A DNA stretch of 9,955 nt from a virus (lineage: Duplodnaviria > Heunggongvirae > Uroviricota > Caudoviricetes), in the IMG/VR virus record IMGVR_UViG_2703718815_000001, positions 1-9,955 of that record, one strand, 5' to 3'. A model generated the notes under the pieces. That model was given only the letters and a program-made list of their open reading frames with translations. It ran no database searches and was not told the origin of the DNA. The translations under genes were made by a program, and so were the position numbers. Shown one piece after another: positions 6,232 to 9,955 of this stretch. Within the stretch, counting starts at the first letter, position 1, and each line of letters starts with the position of its first letter.

Positions 6232-6708
6232 TTAAGTTCCCGTTTTGGTGATGTTCTGGCTTTTCCGTTCTGATTCTTGATTTTTCAGATAGTTACTTAC
6301 CTTCATTTCCATTGCAGTAATGTAGGCGCGAACGTCATGATCAACCCAACCAGACTCCGCAGCATTTCCAGATAAGAGGAAAGCTACAATTGCTCTTTTT
6401 TCATCAGAAGCGGCTTGATAAAGGCTGTTTATGTCTAAAAGTTCTCTTTTTGAATCTGAGCAGGAAGGGGTTGGTATGGGGTATTCGTTAAGCCCCCAAT
6501 GCTCTGGACCAACCACATCAGAAAAGAAACGCCATAGTTCTGGAAGTTTATCTTTACTTATCGAACCTTTCTTAATCCAGTCATGGATTGATGGTGGTTG
6601 GACTTTGAAATGGCGTGCGATCTCCGCCTTTGATTTGACGGCTCCTGATGCAATTTTTTTATTAATGGCCTGCTCTATCGCTCGGCCTAAGTCTTTACCA
6701 CTAAGCAT
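6232..6708 (-). CDS. racR: Prophage repressor, cI-type HTH protein (RacR-like), 158 aa
   Basis: N-terminal HTH region (KSKAEIARHFKVQPPSIHDWIKKGS). It sits between two operator/promoter regions and is divergent from the Cro-like ydaS. Length is identical to Rac RacR (158 aa). Symbol is given on synteny and size; the sequence is not recalled residue by residue. Confidence 0.75.
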   Translation of the reverse strand: MLSGKDLGRAIEQAINKKIASGAVKSKAEIARHFKVQPPSIHDWIKKGSISKDKLPELWRFFSDVVGPEHWGLNEYPIPTPSCSDSKRELLDINSLYQAASDEKRAIVAFLLSGNAAESGWVDHDVRAYITAMEMKVSNYLKNQESERKSQNITKTGT

Positions 6709-6736
6709 TGCTTAATAGTCTCCTATGTGCATTGCA

Positions 6737-6805
6737 TTAGGCAATCCCTACCTATTGGTTGTTAGGCATAGCCTATTGACAATGATGTTAGGCGTCGCCT
6801 AATAT
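6737..6805 (+). promoter_or_regulatory. Rightward early promoter (pR-like) with three operators (OR)
   Basis: -35 TTGACA at 6776-6781, 18-nt spacer, -10 TAATAT at 6800-6805. Operators TAGGC-AAT-CCCTA (6737-6749), TAGGC-ATA-GCCTA (6763-6775) and TAGGC-GTC-GCCTA (6789-6801) have centres 26 bp apart. Confidence 0.55.
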
Positions 6806-6832
6806 CATTGTGTGTTTTTTGGAGTTCATTCG

Positions 6833-7156
6833 ATGAAAAAAGAGAACTATTCATTCAAACGAGCTTGTGCTGTTGTCGGTGGGCAATCAGCAATGGCCAG
6901 ACTTTTAGGGGTATCGCCTCCAAGCGTAAATCAATGGATCAAAGGTGTACGTCGGTTGCCTGCCGAGAGATGTCCAGCGATTGAACGAGCAACAAAAGGT
7001 GGAGTCCTGTGTGAAGAACTTCGTCCTGATGTTGACTGGTCATACTTACGACGTTCGTCATGTTATTCGCAGAATATGTCGATGAAGCAACCAAATGACA
7101 AAAACGATCATACCCGAAGTATCAAGAGGCAAATGATTCATGAAAATCAAGCATGA
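6833..7156 (+). CDS. ydaS: Cro-like HTH protein YdaS
   Basis: ATG at 6833 with GGAG 8 nt upstream. The track's GTG start at 6812 would sit inside the -10 region. MKKENYSFKRACAVVGGQSAMARLLGVSPPSVNQWIKGVRRLPAERCPAIERA closely matches Rac YdaS as I recall it. Confidence 0.75.
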   Translation: MKKENYSFKRACAVVGGQSAMARLLGVSPPSVNQWIKGVRRLPAERCPAIERATKGGVLCEELRPDVDWSYLRRSSCYSQNMSMKQPNDKNDHTRSIKRQMIHENQA

Positions 7157-7565
7157 ACACATCCGCATGGCGATGAATGCCTGGGCGCATCCGGACGGTG
7201 AAAAAGTTCCGGCAGCTGAAATAACCCGGGCTTATTTTGAGCTGGGTATGACGTTCCCGGAGCTATATGACGACAGCCATCCGGAAGCCCTGGCTCGCAA
7301 TACTCAGAAAATATTCCGCTGGGTGGAGAAAGACACCCCTGATGCTGTTGAAAAAATTCAGGCGTTGTTACCAGCGATCGAAAAAGCAATGCCACCTCTG
7401 CTGGTGGCCCGAATGCGCAGCCACAGTTCAGCCTATTTTCGGGAGCTGGTGGAGACGCGGGAACGACTGGTGAGAGACGCTGATGATTTTGTCGCAGTGG
7501 CGATCGCTGGTTTCAACCAGATGAATCGTGGTGGTCCGGCGGGAAATGCCGTGGTGATGCACTAA
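7140..7565 (+). CDS. ydaT: YdaT-family protein (141 aa), reported as toxic on overexpression and as a CII-like regulator
   Basis: Overlaps the ydaS 3' end; AAGAGG 10 nt upstream of the ATG. Size (Rac YdaT is 140 aa) and position (after ydaS, before the replication genes) match. Confidence 0.7.
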   Translation: MKIKHEHIRMAMNAWAHPDGEKVPAAEITRAYFELGMTFPELYDDSHPEALARNTQKIFRWVEKDTPDAVEKIQALLPAIEKAMPPLLVARMRSHSSAYFRELVETRERLVRDADDFVAVAIAGFNQMNRGGPAGNAVVMH

Positions 7566-7588
7566 AAGCACGGTGTTCGGAGTTTTTT

Positions 7589-8536
7589 ATGAGCAGCAAG
7601 CTTCATGGTCTTGTCTGGGAAGGGTGTGCCTTCACCGGCATGATCTTATCCAGGGTGGCAGTAATGGCTCGCCTTGCAGATTACAGCAATGACGAAGGTG
7701 TGTCATGGCCTGCAGTGGAGACCATTCGTCGTCAGATTGGGGCAAAGAGTGAATCAACGGTTAAAGCTGCGATAGCAGAACTGGAAAAGAACGGCTGGCT
7801 GACGAAGGAAGAACGTAAGGTCGGTGGGCGTAATGAAAGCAATATCTACCGTCTTAATGTGGAAAAACTCGAAGCAGCAGCAGCGGCGGCGCGTGAGGCA
7901 TATAAACCGAAAAGAAAAATTAACCCGGTAAAAAATGACCCGTCAAATATTGACCCCTCAACGGTTGACCCCTCAAATTTTGATGGATCAACCGTTGATA
8001 AAAAACATCCGGTTAGGGGGGCGATGGTTGGCCCCGATCCGTCAGTATTAAAACCTGATCCGTCAGATAAAAGATCTTTTCGTCCGGACGCTTCGCAACC
8101 GGACCCGCAGACGGCTGAACAGGATTTTTTAACCCGACACCCTGACGCGGTTGTGTTCAGTGCGAAAAAACGCCAGTGGGGCAGCCAGGAAGATTTGGCG
8201 TGTGCGCAGTGGATCTGGGGACGAATCGTGAGTCTTTACGAGCAGGCTGCCAGCGATGATGGCGAAATCATGCGACCGAAAGAACCAAACTGGACTGCAT
8301 GGGCCAATGATGTGCGCACAATGCGGATGCTGGATGGCAGAACTCACAGACAAATTTGCGAAATGTTTGGTCGGGCACAGCGGGATCCATTCTGGGTAAA
8401 AAACGTCATGAGCCCGTCAAAGCTTCGCGAAAAATGGGATGAGCTGGTTATTCGTCTGGGGCGTTCGCCTGTACAGCGTTGCGTGAATCATATTTCCGAG
8501 CCGGACGCCGAAATTCCGCCGGGATTCAGGGGGTAA
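7589..8536 (+). CDS. Replication initiation protein (lambda O-like / YdaU-like) with N-terminal HTH DNA-binding domain
   Basis: 315-aa ORF with GGAG 5 nt upstream. N-terminal winged-helix-like region. The central linker (NPVKNDPSNIDPSTVDPSNFDGSTVD) is encoded by iteron-like DNA repeats, as the lambda ori lies inside O. Immediately followed by the DnaC-like loader. Confidence 0.75.
   Translation: MSSKLHGLVWEGCAFTGMILSRVAVMARLADYSNDEGVSWPAVETIRRQIGAKSESTVKAAIAELEKNGWLTKEERKVGGRNESNIYRLNVEKLEAAAAAAREAYKPKRKINPVKNDPSNIDPSTVDPSNFDGSTVDKKHPVRGAMVGPDPSVLKPDPSDKRSFRPDASQPDPQTAEQDFLTRHPDAVVFSAKKRQWGSQEDLACAQWIWGRIVSLYEQAASDDGEIMRPKEPNWTAWANDVRTMRMLDGRTHRQICEMFGRAQRDPFWVKNVMSPSKLREKWDELVIRLGRSPVQRCVNHISEPDAEIPPGFRG
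7936..7991. repeat. Putative replication-origin iterons: four 11-bp units TGACCCGTCAA / TGACCCCTCAA / TGACCCCTCAA / TGATGGATCAA at an exact 15-bp period, followed by an A-rich tract
   Basis: Units start at 7936, 7951, 7966 and 7981, each with an internal TGA...TCA inverted symmetry. They are located inside the O-like gene linker. Origin function is inferred by analogy to ori-lambda. Confidence 0.5.
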
Positions 8537-8542
8537 CGAAGC

Positions 8543-9289
8543 ATGAAAAATATTGCGACAGGCGGTGTTCTTGAACGCATCCGTAAGCTGGCTCCGCAGC
8601 ATGTAACCGCGCCATACCGAACAGTGGACGAGTGGCGCGAGTGGCAACTTGCAGAAGGCCAGAAGCGTTGCGAGGAGATCAACCGCCAGAATCGTCAGTT
8701 GCGGGTGGAAAAAATTCTGAATCGCTCCGGCATCCAGCCGTTGCACCGCAAGTGCTCGTTTGCGAATTACCAGGTGCAGAATGACGGCCAGCGATACGCG
8801 TTGAGCCAGGCGAAATCCATCGCCGATGAACTGATGACCGGATGCACAAATTTCGCATTCAGCGGAAAACCTGGTACCGGAAAAAACCATCTGGCGGCGG
8901 CTATCGGGAATCGCCTGCTGAAAGATGGCCAGACAGTGATTGTGGTTACCGTGGCTGATGTCATGAGTGCTCTACACGCCAGCTATGACGACGGGCAATC
9001 AGGCGAAAAATTTTTGCGGGAACTGTGCGAAGTGGATCTGCTGGTTCTTGATGAAATTGGTATTCAGCGCGAGACGAAAAACGAGCAGGTGGTACTGCAC
9101 CAGATTGTTGATCGCCGGACAGCGTCGATGCGCAGCGTGGGGATGCTGACAAACCTGAACTATGAGGCCATGAAAACATTGCTCGGCGAGCGGATTATGG
9201 ATCGCATGACCATGAACGGCGGGCGCTGGGTGAATTTTAACTGGGAGAGCTGGCGCCCGAATGTTGGTCAGCCAGGTATTGAGAAGTAA
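8543..9289 (+). CDS. DnaC-like helicase loader / IstB-type AAA+ ATPase (YdaV-like replication protein)
   Basis: 248-aa ORF with Walker [16 protein letters not shown] and Walker [10 protein letters not shown]. It follows the O-like initiator; length matches Rac YdaV (248 aa). Confidence 0.9.
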   Translation: MKNIATGGVLERIRKLAPQHVTAPYRTVDEWREWQLAEGQKRCEEINRQNRQLRVEKILNRSGIQPLHRKCSFANYQVQNDGQRYALSQAKSIADELMTGCTNFAFSGKPGTGKNHLAAAIGNRLLKDGQTVIVVTVADVMSALHASYDDGQSGEKFLRELCEVDLLVLDEIGIQRETKNEQVVLHQIVDRRTASMRSVGMLTNLNYEAMKTLLGERIMDRMTMNGGRWVNFNWESWRPNVGQPGIEK

Positions 9290-9311
9290 TTTTTACCGGG
9301 AGGAAATTTTA

Positions 9312-9955
9312 ATGGAGACCGTTTTTGACGCACTGAAAGCGATGGGAAAAGCCACGTCGGTAGAACTGGCTGCGCGACTTGATATCAGTCGTGAAGAGGT
9401 ACTGAACGAGCTGTGGGAACTGAAAAAGGCTGGTTTCGTTGATAAAAGCGTATACACCTGGCGTGTAGCTGGTGAAGGTGAATCCGGGGTAGCCGAAGAG
9501 CAGCCAGCACAATCTGAAGTACAGGATGTGCTAACCAGGGAGGTCGAACGAAAAGTTACCGCTGACATGATGATTGAGTTTATCGGTCAGGAGGGAGCTA
9601 AAACGTGTGAGGAACTGGCGGGTAAGTTTGGTGTCAGCACTCGCAAGGTTGCTTCCACGCTGGCGGTAGTAACCGCAACGGGGCGGCTGGCACGCGTAAA
9701 CCAGAACGGTAAATTTCGCTACTGCATGCCGGGCGGTAATTTACCAGCAGAGCCGAAAGCTGCATTGGTAGCGGAAACTGATGGTAAAGCCTTTCCTCAG
9801 CCAGCAAGTGTTGCGTTACCAGTACAGGAAGCTGCAACACAGGAAGATATTAAAACAGAAACTGTGGCGGACATTGTGCAGCCGCTTGAGAAGCGAGTGG
9901 ATAATCTGGTTCTGCCATCGCTGCGACAGGCAAACCGCGAACTGCGTCGGGCGAA
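9312..9955 (+). CDS. Hypothetical phage protein, 3'-truncated by the window end; two tandem winged-helix-like repeats at the N-terminus
   Basis: ATG at 9312 with GGGAGG 8 nt upstream; open frame to the window end (not in the track because it is incomplete). Internal duplication: [33 protein letters not shown] versus [39 protein letters not shown]. Confidence 0.6.
   Translation, partial: METVFDALKAMGKATSVELAARLDISREEVLNELWELKKAGFVDKSVYTWRVAGEGESGVAEEQPAQSEVQDVLTREVERKVTADMMIEFIGQEGAKTCEELAGKFGVSTRKVASTLAVVTATGRLARVNQNGKFRYCMPGGNLPAEPKAALVAETDGKAFPQPASVALPVQEAATQEDIKTETVADIVQPLEKRVDNLVLPSLRQANRELRRA

Noticed and set aside
6431-9840. Antisense or nested track ORFs 6431-6715, 7147-7395, 7267-7473, 8129-8353, 8417-8890, 8488-8682, 8767-8964, 8961-9179, 8967-9149, 9293-9568, 9309-9512, 9634-9840
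   Set aside because: Each overlaps a well-supported gene (repressor, ydaT, O-like, DnaC-like, or the terminal partial ORF) on the opposite strand or in another frame.
1-9955. CRISPR arrays, IS elements or transposase genes, rRNA, complete tRNA genes
   Set aside because: No regularly spaced direct repeats with unique spacers, no transposase-like ORF or terminal inverted repeats, and no complete cloverleaf found. The only tRNA-like sequence is the 27-nt fragment at the window start.

Overview
The window reads as the integration-proximal arm plus the immunity and replication modules of a lambdoid (Rac/Qin/CP-933-like) enterobacterial prophage; no clearly novel system was found, only candidates. 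Left to right: a partial tRNA-Ser(UGA)-like att core and AT-rich arm repeats (1-168); integrase and overlapping excisionase (minus); an 826-aa multidomain exonuclease (minus); a dicB-type early-left operon on the minus strand (ydfA/ydfB/ydfC-like small genes, a structured leader, a DicF-like sRNA, dicB-like division inhibitor, ydfD-like small membrane protein); a cI-type repressor (RacR-like) flanked by two operator/promoter regions that share a duplicated 21-bp module; then the rightward operon (YdaS Cro-like, YdaT, O-like initiator with internal iterons, DnaC-like loader, and a 3'-truncated ORF). The least explained part is an AT-rich islet (about 4986-5380) holding two convergent, 3'-overlapping small ORFs of no recognisable family, next to a GC-rich, hairpin-dense untranslated segment (4654-4985). 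All homology statements come from reading the translations and from recalled sequences, not from database searches.
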